64,000 nucleotides of DNA from Eledone cirrhosa (GCA_964016885.1 OZ024755.1:8370001-8434000), one strand, 5' to 3'. Positions 1-13,877 are shown, counted from the first letter of the stretch. Notes: generated by a model not told the origin, from the letters alone. A program made the numbers and translations.

Positions 1-456
1 GGTGTGTTCATAGTGAGAATTTGCTGCTAATTCTGTTACACATAATGGAAGCGCAGAATCCTCATCTTGTCACTTAGTCAGAAGGATATCGCTGTTTAAT
101 TCATATATAGTTTAAGGAAATATAACCATGACTAGAGATAACAGAGTTAGTGCAATTATTGTAGAGCAGAAATAACAAATATTACCATATATAGAATCTG
201 TATAGTTTACGTAGAAGTTTTCCTACTAGAGACCTTGCGGTGAATCTCTACATCGTAGGCGTGTTGCATTAAATACAGTTTTATATTAGCAATATTGCTG
301 ATTAAATTAAATAGAATGCTGCCCTGCTTAGTGTTGCACGATGCATACTTCAGTGATATTTTACTAATGTATTCTTAGCATTATGTCCGTCATTTTAGGC
401 AATTTAATTCATTAGTTGGTGAATAAAAATACTTACACACACATACACATGTAGGA

Positions 457-653
457 GGCACGTTAAAAAGGCTCCCAGTCCACACTGTCAATGTAGTTGT
501 TGTTAGGAAGGGCAACCAGCCGTAGAAAACCTGCCAGAAACAGTCAGTTTTGTACGAGCGAGACATGGTCTCCCGACCAATCTCGCCTCAGGTTGGACAA
601 AACCGTCCAACCCATGCTAGCGTGGAAGATGGATGTTAAACGATGATGATGAT
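457..653 (+). mobile_element. 3' tail of an RTE-type LINE or RTE-tailed SINE, ending in (GAT)n
   Basis: ggcacgttaaaaag...gttaggaagggcaaccagccgtagaaaac...aaccgtccaacccatgctagcgtggaagatggatgttaaacgatgatgatgat matches my recollection of a common octopus RTE 3' UTR. The short tandem-repeat tail is typical of RTE. Confidence 0.6.
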
Positions 654-891
654 TATACAGAAAACCACACACATACACACACATATATATATAGTTTATT
701 GTTACTATTGACTCACCAGTTTGAGCACTCAATGTCAATACGTGTCCGCTCGACAATGTGGTATACTACATTTGGTATGACACCGTAGTTGGTATCTTTA
801 CAAAAGAACCAGAGAGATAATAATATTAATAATTAGCACGAATGAAGTATCAATAAAGCATTATTATGTATAAAATAAAGGATTATTATGT

Positions 892-960
892 ATAAAATAA
901 AGTACCAGTAATGTACTATGTAATTGCTGGCCTTGTGCCAAAAGTAGAAACAATTATTAT
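892..960 (+). mobile_element. S1 SINE 3' fragment
   Basis: ataaaataaagtaccagtaatgtact..taattgctggccttgtgccaaaagtagaaacaattat closely matches the 3' end of the full copies at 46134 and 28403. Confidence 0.75.
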
Positions 961-1164
961 GTATATTCACATCTAATGAACTAATTTAAACAGTGCACTA
1001 GATGCATATTATCGTGCACCAACTTTCGAAATATGTTAAGTCCTTAAAAGGACCAAAGAATGTAATCTCTATTCTAGGATGCCTCGGACTGTTCACCCAT
1101 CAAATTACAAATTGTACTGAACGCGTTCCATTCAGGCCCTTTCCACTTTATGCAGTCTCCAATC

Positions 1165-1320
1165 TCTCCCCATAAACACATATATTTCCACATTGTTAGT
1201 ACTCGATCCTGTATCATCTCTTTCTTGAGGTCATTCTTCACGACATATTCCATAATCTTTCTTGATCTCCATCTTACATATGTTCCGTGTAATCCAAGCA
1301 CTAGCTATTTTTTTAATACA
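1165..1320 (-). pseudogene. Decayed RTE LINE ORF C-terminus
   Basis: Minus-strand translation KK*LVLGLHGTYVRWRSRKIMEYVVKNDLKKEMIQDRV..WKY resembles the RTE C-terminal pattern G.(R/C).RGRPRKTW..VV..DL...M..DR..W. Confidence 0.5.
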
Positions 1321-1769
1321 GTTTTTAAACATATGAATGAAAGTCACAGAATCTTCTTTCCAGTAAGTTTATATTCAAATATTGTAGCTCTGAAGGTGAT
1401 CGATATTTATTGTATTTGTCGTCCTAGACAAATTTGATCAAAGCATTGTCTCCATTCACTTCAATATTCTCCAACACTGTCGTAAGCTGAACACATTTCT
1501 AGTTGATTATTCTAGGTTTAATGAAATAGATTACCTGGTGACTCTAACCCTTTCCCTCTAATATCTTCTCTCTCTCTCTTTACCCCTGAATAGGATTTAG
1601 CAATAATTGAATTATTGGAAAAGTTCTGTGAATATTGTTCATATAATTGGGATATTGTGTATAATTCGAAGTTCAAATATTCATTGAGGTGAAGTGTTAG
1701 GTTTTTACATTGATTTTTATTCGCGACTAAAAGCAAAATGTTTTACACAAGTAAACGCATCTCAAAATT

Positions 1770-1820
1770 ATTTATATATATATATATACATTTATATATA
1801 TACATATATATATATACATT

Positions 1821-1911
<91 letters not shown>

Positions 1912-2013
1912 TTATATATATATATATATATATACATTTATATATATATATATATATATATACATTTATATATATATATATATATATACATTTATATATA
2001 TATATATATATAC

Positions 2014-2055
<42 letters not shown>

Positions 2056-2108
2056 ATATATATATATATATGTGTATATATATATATATGTGTGTGTATA
2101 TATATATA

Positions 2109-2139
<31 letters not shown>

Positions 2140-2190
2140 GTGTGTGTATATATATATATATATATGTGTGTGTATATATATATATATATA

Positions 2191-2281
<91 letters not shown>

Positions 2282-2286
2282 GTATA

Positions 2287-2333
<47 letters not shown>

Positions 2334-2496
2334 ATATATATATATATATGTGTGTGTATATATATATATATATATGTGTGTGTATATATATATATATATG
2401 TGTGTGTATATATATATATATGTGTGTGTGTATATATATATATATATATGTGTGTATATATATATTTATATATATGTGTGTATATATATACATATA

Positions 2497-2540
<44 letters not shown>

Positions 2541-2654
2541 TGTGTATATATATATATAGGTGTGTATATATATATATATATATATATGCGTGTGTATATA
2601 TATATATAGGTGTGTATATATATATATATATATATGTGTGTATATATATATATA

Positions 2655-2737
<83 letters not shown>

Positions 2738-2780
2738 GTATATAGATATATATATATATTTGTGAAGACGGCGTATATAT
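1770..2780. repeat. Compound (TA)n microsatellite with TACATTTA then TGTG interruptions
   Basis: Direct reading; explains the YI-repeat ORFs. Confidence 0.95.
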
Positions 2781-2958
2781 GAGTTAGGTATGTATATTTA
2801 ATCTTGATAATTTGTATAATTTTGTATAATTTTGTACATAGATCTGTTAAATATGCATACCAATTATAGCACATATATGCCCTAGAAACGATCGTTAAAT
2901 AGTGAACTTTTTTTGTTTAATATAAGGAATTGTTTGTTCATTATTTATTTAATATTTT

Positions 2959-3832
<874 letters not shown>

Positions 3833-3996
3833 AATCGGGAGTGTATGTACATAATGTATTGGTACTTGTTTATTTCATTGAATTCTGTACATTATTGACT
3901 CACCTATTCTACTTCATTCATCCATCCTATTTTCCCCCGTCGTGTTCAGTATATAGGTTTATTAAGTAAATCAAACAGTGACTTGTATTTCAATGA

Positions 3997-4048
3997 CCAC
4001 ATACCACTATACCACTATACCACTATACCACTATACCACTATACACCA
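3997..4048. repeat. Octamer tandem repeat (CCACTATA)n, about 5-6 units
   Basis: ccacataccactataccactataccactataccactataccactatacacca. Confidence 0.9.
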
Positions 4049-4682
4049 TTCATTGCTCCTCTGATTGGCGTCATAAGACTGAATATTGGCAACTTGCTAA
4101 GCCAGTAATTCATACGATGAGTCATGTGAATATATCTGCAAATATTCTGAGCAGTGAATAATGTCAAATTTACGATTTCTTTTCTATTTTAGTAAATACG
4201 TTTAGCTTCCATACTGGTAAGAAGAGCTATGACAAAAATTCGACAGAATAGCGTTTTAATGTTTTCTATTTTCAAATAAGCATGGAAAGAAATCAGAATA
4301 GTAATTCAACGTCCAGGCTGATCGATAATATGTAAAATCGGAGCCCAAAAAATAACCAAACAAAATAACGACATAGAACTAAAAAAAAAAAAACCGTTGT
4401 CACAGCATGTTTTTTTTCTCTGATATTGTTGATTCCAGCTTCGAAACAATCTTTTGTCATAGGCTCTCAGAAGACAACCCTTCAAAATAAGTAATAATGA
4501 AATGAATTAATGAGGATCTATGTGAGATCGTATTGCATTCTATGACGTTGCATTATTGTTGTAGGTATATACGTATACACGCACACACACACATATATAT
4601 ATACATACATACAATGAAGGCGCATATAAACATATATACGCACACGCATCTATACAAACGCACGCACACACATGAATATATA

Positions 4683-4732
<50 letters not shown>

Positions 4733-4977
4733 TATTAGTGTTCGTATTATTGAACCTCTTCGGTGAGGTACATGTAAAGGTTCATACATATATGTATATC
4801 TTTATAATAAAATGCAATTGTCATGTAAAAGCCATTGTGTGCTAATATTGACAGGGATATAGTAATTTGATATGTTCGTCCCTACTTCTCTTCCATACAC
4901 AATAAAGAGAATACAATCAATGTGCAAGCAGCTGATATCTATACTACTGACATTGGTATCTTTTTGACTGTCAATCT

Positions 4978-5123
4978 AGGATGCGTTATTTTCTTGGGCA
5001 ACACATTTTATTTCACATTGCTCACTCTACCTGTAGTTGCGACCGAAAGAAAGACATTTTCAGTTGGAAATAACAATGGAAACATTGTTTCCTCGGTTTG
5101 ATTTGACAAAGGTCGGTCAACTG

Positions 5124-5127
<4 letters not shown>
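4978..5127 (+). mobile_element. 5'-truncated S2b SINE (partial CORE-like region plus tail b)
   Basis: Aligns with 43349-43518 and with the reverse complement of 35454-35649 (gttgcgacc...ttggaaa...gaaacattgtt..tcggt..gatttgac). Confidence 0.65.
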
Positions 5128-5165
<38 letters not shown>

Positions 5166-5233
5166 TCAACATTTGACCGACTTTTGTCAAATCGGACAGA
5201 GAAAAAAATGTTTCCGTTGGTCTTTCCAATTGC

Positions 5234-5236
<3 letters not shown>
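5166..5236 (-). mobile_element. S2b tail fragment, inverted relative to 4978-5127
   Basis: Reverse complement matches tagcaattggaaagaccaacggaaaca...ccgatttgac of the 43349 copy. Confidence 0.65.
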
Positions 5237-5303
<67 letters not shown>

Positions 5304-5675
5304 TATATAATTCACAGGAATCAAAGCTATGTTCAAGGCATTTATTAGCTTACAATTCTTTCATCCAAACCGAGGCTTGGAGTCTTCGGAGCATTTTTCA
5401 ATGTTTGTATACATACATGACCTCCTTTCCAACGCAAGAGACATACAGATACATATGTATATATTGATGTACAGTGGGGTGACATATATTATATTATTTC
5501 TGAATGGTAATTTAAATTCAAAAATTAAAATCATATTAAAACAGAATCAAAGCAAAATTAAAATTAAAAATACAACATCAATGCAAATTTACAATACAAT
5601 CGGCAGTTAACGTAGATAATGCAAGAGGATAGTTGGTTAGTCAGTTGTAGTAGTTATTGTATGCATACAATAACT

Positions 5676-5982
5676 TACTTTGGTTCGTGGAAACGTTCCC
5701 TGTCATAGAAAGGGAACGCTTCCACGAACCAAAGTATCGTCTTCCTGTCTTCCTCCGGTTGCAACGTTTTTTGAAATATTCACTTCTGCGTTTACAGATT
5801 GACTATAAGAACCATAGAGAAAGTTTCAGAAGATCCCGTTAAGGGTGAAAGCAGCGATTCTTTGCTTAAACTTTAATCTGTTATTTTAATAAATATTTGC
5901 TCTACGGTTCTTATATATTTGATATATATTTATCCTTATCGAGCCCTCTTTAGATTTTAGTCTTCAAATTTATTATTATTAC
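5676..5982 (+). mobile_element. Family A microsatellite-associated mini-element, longest copy (hairpin, hammerhead-like fold, AATAAA, tail)
   Basis: Shares two segments with copies at 11034, 13681 and 62742. Starts with a 26-bp hairpin (5676-5701/5711-5736) and ends next to (TA)n. Confidence 0.7.
5794..5881 (+). ncRNA. Candidate type I hammerhead ribozyme with variant core (CAGAAGA...GAAA...CUU)
   Basis: Stem I AAAGTTT 5820-26/AAACTTT 5868-74 plus distal ACAGATT 5794-5800/AATCTGT 5875-81. Core CAGAAGA 5827-33. Stem II CCC-gttaa-GGG flanked by T/T. GAAA 5847-50. Stem III AGCAG/TTGCT. Putative cleavage after T5867. Confidence 0.45.
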
Positions 5983-6432
5983 CATATGTGTATATATATA
6001 TATATAGATATATATATATACATATATATATACACACATATATATATATATATATATATGTATATTTATATACATATATATATATCTGTATGTATATACG
6101 TATATAAATATATATATTGGAGATAGATAGACAAAATCTTGTTTCTTTTTTTTCATTTCTTTCAACATATTTCTTATGATTCGAATAAATTCCTGAAAAC
6201 CAATTTTAATATCTATAGTTGTTGTTATGGAAACGAGTCTGTATCTACGTTTCAGTTACTCTAACTTGAATTGAAGTAAAGAATGAGAGAATATAAACAA
6301 ATGGAGAGATAATATGGAATCAATTCATTTAACAAGGCAAATATAGAGTAGCATGGAATATAATGAGCTCCAAGACAAATATATTCAAATACTTATAAAT
6401 ACATTATCAAATAAATAAATAATTATGAATTT

Positions 6433-6989
<557 letters not shown>

Positions 6990-8516
6990 TCTTTCCTTCT
7001 ACTCAGTTTCACTGATAAGGCATGGGTTATTCTGAGGTTATAGTAATTGACAAACTTCCATGATAACATGTTGTGGGATCAAATCAGATTAATTTATGTA
7101 ACTAATGGTTTCTAAGCAAACTTCTTAATTATTCGTTCATGCTGCGCTAACAATATAAATACATAAACCTCAAGAGTGGTACTAAATATCGAAACATGTG
7201 ATATTTTTACATACAACATAGCTTCAAACTCGCCTTTATGTATTTGTTAACAAGCTGTCAGTTTCTAATAGTATCTTGTGAAAAGTATACACCAACTTTA
7301 TTCGCTGCGAGACTCTTTAAACCCGTAATAAGAATCAATGACGTAGAAGAAGACAAATTCTTCTAATTATGGCGTTGGCAAACATGGCATTTCAACAAAA
7401 TGAAACTGATTTCGGTATTTTCAATGATTGGTATTTGTAAGGAAATCAAATATAACAGAGAACAAGCGAGAAAAAGCAGTAAATTAGCATTAATGGAGTA
7501 GAAAAATAGATGTGTGAAGCTAAGTAAAAGTTGGTGATGAAATCTGTATGTAAAGATGTCCATTTACTGATAGGAAGAAGCAACGGCGTGAATAAGAAAT
7601 GAAGAATTACGTTGGGAAATGACGGGGAAGAAACCTAGTAACGATTATCTGTACTGAGAATAACCATCTAATTAGCGTAGTACAATTTAGATGTTGGAAT
7701 CAGTCCTCACGAGGCACCGAATCAGATTAATTATTGATGTTCAATGGCCAATACCAAATTACACAAATAACAAGACCGATAATAAAAACAACACTGATAA
7801 TGTAAGAAATGTAACAAGAGTGGTAAAAATAAAAACAATCATAACATTAATTCGATTAGATTGTTTTGTGAGAATAGAGAAATTCAGTTGTATTGCGGTA
7901 ACAACTAATTACGTTTAGGTGTAAAAGCGGTTAATAGTATTCGGTAGAGTAAGAAATGTACTTCACTTCACGTTGGACTATAAAAAATACAGAGGAAATT
8001 GACAAATATTTACTAAAATCGAAGATATAAGCCGATACTTCTGATATAATATTTAGGCAGGTATCTCTTTTGTTGCACTGAGACTTGTTCGATCATCGAT
8101 TACTGTAGATTACGTTCACTTCAGCTGTTGTAAATACTGATAAAGCTCATTAATATTATTATCTGGTGTTTACGTTTTCCCTCCTCGATCAACAAGAAAA
8201 CATCATAGCAAATAGTCAAACTCTGATCACGTCTACAGATAAAACAAGCCTGGGTTATCCTATGTACTTTTAAAACATTTATTTCTTTGTAACGATATAT
8301 TTATTATATATTTTCATTACTTGTATTATTTCTAATATATAATAGACATCGTATTCAATGTGTTGTAGGAAATGGTAAATGTCCAATGGACACTGGATCA
8401 TAGGTTCACTCGTAATATCATTCGTGATCAAAATAAGTGTTACATCAACATCAACAACGGAAACGAGTATGTTTTTATACGGAAATTGGCAGCTCACCAA
8501 TTTGTTGCAGGGTTTC

Positions 8517-8552
<36 letters not shown>

Positions 8553-8624
8553 ATATGCTCCCCAAGAGTATTGAGTGCTCATTCGGCATACCGTCTATGG
8601 ACGCAATTAATTTACACATTAATA

Positions 8625-8666
<42 letters not shown>

Positions 8667-8714
8667 GTGTGTATATGGTATACCAATGTGTAATAGTAGT
8701 TTGGATGTAATAAT

Positions 8715-8901
8715 TGTTTCTATTTTTGGAACAAGGCCAGCGATTACCCAGTACATTACTGGTACTTTATTTTATCGACCCCGTAAGGATGAAAGGCAAA
8801 GTTAACCTCGGCGTGATTTGAACTCAGATCATAAAGGGACGTATCTCTATGCTTCAAAGTATGGTGTCTGACTTTCTACCGATACTGCCAATCCACCGCC
8901 C
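8715..8901 (-). mobile_element. Full-length S1 tRNA-derived SINE with 19-bp TSD
   Basis: Minus strand has A-box-like TGGCAGTATCGG, B-box-like GAGTTCAAATC and a conserved central domain GCCTTTCATCCTTACGGGGTCGATAAAATAAAGTACCAG (resembles the Meta/MESC SINE domain as I recall it). Flanked by gtagtttggatgtaataat at 8696-8714 and 8902-8920. Confidence 0.9.
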
Positions 8902-9390
8902 GTAGTTTGGATGTAATAATAAAGGATCTACATTATCTGATCAAATAGTTTAACTTACTTGGTTGACTATCAGTTATTGACATGACATCATCGAATTATC
9001 AATATCTCCTTATTAAAACCAATAGGGACGAGGCTAAAATATTCTTTAAACAACTAACCATATATGTATCATCATTAATATCTACTTTCTATATAATATA
9101 TACTCCACTTTATATATTCATTAACTCTATTCTATTGGAAATATTATTTAGTGGCTTATGGCTCCTGGATTTAATCAATAATATCGGTTAACACTTGAAA
9201 AAAATTAAATTCAGGATATTTCATGTTGAAGATAAAGGCAACATCACCAATCAATAAATATTATGCAAGTGAAGGGCTAACATGTTTTGCGTGTTTAAAA
9301 TGTGTACACATACACCCACATACCAAACACCACACACCACACAAGTATATGTATGTATAAATGTATCTGAAAATCAACGAGGAGAACGAT

Positions 9391-9425
<35 letters not shown>

Positions 9426-9435
9426 AAGACTGCTC

Positions 9436-9512
<77 letters not shown>

Positions 9513-9514
9513 TG

Positions 9515-9768
9515 TATGTATAGTATATTTGGCAAAATAGCGTATGTTTAATTAAAAACATTTAGAAGACTATACGCTATCAGTTTTAAAGTAGCCACTT
9601 ACTTCTTTTCGGCGAAAGAAGGGAGAGAAGCTGACTATACAGAGCGATTGCTGGTCCAACAAAAATTAGGTATTAGGATTGGTGCTCTGAAATAGCGATG
9701 TATACATGGATATATGTATAGTATATTTGGCAATATACCGTATGTTTAATTAAGAACATTTAGAATAC
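9515..9768. repeat. About 254-bp unit with 56-bp direct terminal repeats, between TA tracts
   Basis: 9515-9570 vs 9713-9768 differ at 4 of 56 positions. Confidence 0.75.
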
Positions 9769-9786
9769 CATATATATATATATATC

Positions 9787-9894
9787 GGAAAAGAGTCAGG
9801 ACCCCTACGGCTGAGCTCCGGCCGTTTCAATAGCTAGATACAGAGCTCAGCCGTCGGGGTCCTGACTCTTTTCCTATTACCCACTCTACTACCC
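9787..9894 (+). mobile_element. Family B palindromic mini-element, internally deleted copy
   Basis: ggaaaagagtcaggacccctacggctgagctc ... gagctcagccgtcggggtcctgactcttttcc followed by tattacccactctactaccc; homologous to 35675-35870 and 36828-37020. Confidence 0.75.
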
Positions 9895-10258
9895 ATTTTA
9901 TCGAGTCGTTGTTATACATGTAGTAATATTATACTAATTGTAGTAACGGTCAGTTGAAAGCTGATTATATTGCCACCAGTATTTAACTAGTATTTAATTT
10001 ATCAATCCTGGCATGCTGATATGCAAATTCTACCATGGCGAATTTGAACACACACACGAAAAAGACAGAACAAATTCTGCAAAGCGTTTGTCTGACGCAG
10101 CAGAGAGATGAATGAAGAAATTTACTAGAGGTATTTTAAACAAGACTCATAAGCCTTTACACATGCGCAGAGAAGAAGACAAAAATAAATAAATAAATAA
10201 ATGAATAAAGAGATATAATAAAAATGGCGTAGACATACAATACAACAGGAGGAACATA

Positions 10259-10312
10259 ATAGTACCACTGATGATGTTGCAGATGTGCAACGAAAGAACT
10301 TTGTTAGACTAT
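10259..10312 (+). ncRNA. Candidate minimal Penelope-type hammerhead ribozyme
   Basis: CTGATGA 10268-74, one extra T, perfect 6-bp stem II GTTGCA-gatg-TGCAAC, GAAA 10292-95, minimal stem III AG-aa-CT, imperfect stem I ATAGTACCA/TGTTAGACTAT; followed by TA repeats. Confidence 0.45.
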
Positions 10313-10962
10313 ATATATGTGTTTATACCTATATTATATCTGTATTTTTGACCGTTGGTCAGTCAATGATACACATTGAGGACCAAATGAATTAACTGTG
10401 GAGATATAAAAGATACAGAAGCAAAAACCAACCAAAGAGTGAGTGTGTTCTGTTATTATTTCTGCCAATATTATTACAACAATATGACCCTCCCCAAGTA
10501 TAACAATAATTTTAATAAAATAACGTTTAAAGAATTTTCTGATTAACTCGGATTATTCTGAAGTCGTAATTCACTATTCACGTCATGATGACGTCAAGAA
10601 GTTATATATTTCTCATGAAAGGCGGTAAACAGATGCATTCGAAGTTTACTCAATGGGATTAAAATACAGATTCCTGTTATAAACTTAGAGAAATTCTCCG
10701 AAGGATTATACTTTTATTATTTTTATTTGTTTTTCAATGATTAGATCGTTGCTGTGCCAGGGCACTGAGTTAAATATATATTTAGTTGATCCTAATGACC
10801 TTAGTACATACGGTTTTAAAATTTGTTAGGAATTGTGTCAAAAACGTTTTGTCAAACCGCTAGACTAAGAAACGTAAACCAATGAATGCACACACACACG
10901 TGCACACACATGAATTCATAGTACATAAATTCATACATACATATATATACACACACATACAT

Positions 10963-11003
<41 letters not shown>

Positions 11004-11033
11004 GTTGTATATCATTTGCGGGTTATATATATA

Positions 11034-11141
11034 TATTAAGATAACAGATTAAAGTTTAAGCAAAGAATCGCTGCTTTCACCCTTATATATTTTATCCTTA
11101 TCGAGCCCTCTTCGGATTTTAGTCTTCACATTTATTATTAT

Positions 11142-11144
<3 letters not shown>
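11034..11144. mobile_element. Family A mini-element, internally deleted copy
   Basis: ataacagattaaagtttaagcaaagaatcgctgctttcacccttat joined to ttatccttatcgagccctc...tttattattattac; TA repeats on both sides. Confidence 0.75.
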
Positions 11145-11191
<47 letters not shown>

Positions 11192-11733
11192 TATATAATA
11201 CACAAATTAGAGGTTAAATTTATATTATATAAGTCGTGCTGAAATCAAACACAAATCGGGGTAATTATAGCATGAACCCATTCAACACGTAGCTATGACT
11301 GTGCATAAGAAATCCCATAACTAAATATCATAAATCATTCTATGTATCCATAGTATCTGGCTATGAACGTTTTCGTTTTAATGGTTAGATCAAACAATAG
11401 TAAGTCTTAACTTACACAGGCTGATACATTGATATATCTATACCATGACAAAATAAGATTGAGATGTTTTTAATGCTTAGTAAAAAAAATCCGATAAAAA
11501 ATATATATATATTCTTATCAATTGATCACCCAATCAATTTATCTATCTTGCTTGACTGCCTAAAGATAAGTCTGTTTGTCCATATTAGCTTCTGGCCGTC
11601 TATTGTTCTATCAAAACCTCTTTCTTTAATTCTCCCCCTATCGCCCTCGCTCTCTATCACTATCATTACATGATATATATATATTTTCATACATACTAGC
11701 ATAATACCCATCAAAAGTGAACGATTAGAATTA

Positions 11734-11849
<116 letters not shown>

Positions 11850-12122
11850 TGCTTTGCCAAAGAAAGATCTGACAGCAAGTCAAAGAACTTACATAGATGG
11901 TAAAATTACGATTATTTCCAAATCAGAAAGCAAGTAAAAAATCTTACTTACATATGGTAAAGTGCCGAAATTTCAATGATTCTATACAGATGTCTCATGA
12001 CTACAAGAAAAACGGAAGGAACCATAAGATAAAACACTCAATCATCAATAGGATTCCATCTTACTAAACGCATTATAGCTAACCAGTCAACATGGATTCA
12101 AAGGAGGATCTGAACGCACTAA

Positions 12123-12260
12123 CAATTGTTTCTACTTTTGGCACAAGTCCAGCAATTATCCAGTACATTACTGGTACTTTATTTTATAGACCCCGTAATG
12201 GGACGTAACTATGCTAGAAAGCATGGCGTCGAACCCTCTACCGATACTGCCAATTCACCG
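12123..12260 (-). mobile_element. S1 SINE with internal deletion covering the B-box region
   Basis: Matches 8715-8901 but jumps from gaccccgtaa to gggacgtaact. Confidence 0.8.
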
Positions 12261-12799
12261 TGAAGGACGTACTAATAATATTCAAATCTAGTGTTTCGTT
12301 TGTATGTGGGAATTTAAAAACTCCTTTTAAATAGGGATATAACCACTGATATCTTATGTTTCTATATACATTCACTCACTATGTCGTTTTGGTGTAAATC
12401 AAAGATACTTGTAGTTCGTGGTAGATCATTCTGTATTCTCAAACGGCGGCTTAATGAAGATCCCTGAGTTAGTCATAAAATTAATTACTTTTTTATAAAT
12501 ATGTGGGTTATGTCTACTTCTAATTATATTAATGTCTCTACTATCATAATTATTATCACGTTATAACAATATATAAGGTAGTGGGGAGGAGGGGAGTATA
12601 GCAACGGCTTTGGAGGAATTTTAGATCAAAGTAATAGAAAAATGAGGCAAACATTTACCTTACCAAATCACACATCCATACATACATACATATATACATT
12701 CATACATATAAACATGTGACAAAGAGTGAACTATGTAAACATATGTGTATATGTATAATGTAATATATTGATAAATATATATAAAATGTGAACGCGTAT

Positions 12800-12838
<39 letters not shown>

Positions 12839-12879
12839 TTATATGTATATATATATGTATATATATATAAGGGTGTATG

Positions 12880-12910
<31 letters not shown>

Positions 12911-13680
12911 ATCGTGTGTGTGCATATATGTAATATACAAGTATACATATTTGATATATATTTATCTATTTACATAGTTACACTCTTTGCCACATGTTCT
13001 TATAAGCAGTTTGTCGTTCTGCTATCCTCCCGTGATGTATTAATCTATTTATGTAATGTTTCCTATGCAAAACTTGATGCAAAATTATACTTATTCATGT
13101 CCTTCCATCATCGCAGAAAATAACCGCCTAAAGGAATGCTTATTAACGTTTCCTGCTGATCAAAACTACACATCACTACCCTTATGAAATATATAATATT
13201 TAATAAAGAAAATCTTCTGATTTAATTATACCTCAGTTGCAATAAAAATGGCGTTCTCTGTATTATACAAACTGCAATGTTAGCCGAGAGGCATTAAAAG
13301 CGTTTAATAGAATTTGTGGAAGAAATGCATAGTACAATGAGATGAATACCTATGGAGCTAGAGTGGAGGTTGAATATGACGTTTAAAGCGTTCAATTGCG
13401 AAGTTGATTACGGCGGGGAGTTTCATCTACTTGAAAATATTTAAGTTCTGCTAATACCCGGAGCATAAATGTCGTAAAATGTTCAAGCAGAGTGCATGGT
13501 CGACGAAGCGAACTGTTGCTTTATTAATATGGTCCGACTGCGCATACGAACGACAAAACTTTAACGATCGATGTTGATGTTACTTGATGTGTAGCAGTAG
13601 CGTGCTTGAAACGCATATGCATGTATATATATAGATCGATAGATATATGTATATGTGTGTGTGTGTTTGCATATATATAT

Positions 13681-13835
13681 ATTTATTAAAATAACAGATT
13701 AAAGTTTAAGCAAAGAATCGCTGCTTTCACCCTTAACGGGATCTTCTGAAACTTGCTCTACGGTTCTTATATATTTGATATATATTTATCCTTATCGAGC
13801 ACTCTTTGGATTTTAGTCTTCAAATTTATTATTAT

Positions 13836-13838
<3 letters not shown>
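13681..13838 (-). mobile_element. Family A mini-element, hammerhead-like segment on the minus strand
   Basis: Reverse complement contains aagtttcagaagatcccgttaagggtgaaagcagcgattctttgcttaaactttaatctgttattttaataaat; flanked by (TA)n. Confidence 0.8.

Positions 13839-13877
<39 letters not shown>

Noticed and set aside
13260-13330. NCNVSREALKAFNRIC, faintly like a Ginger/integrase zinc-finger region
   Set aside because: Too short, with no downstream integrase core.
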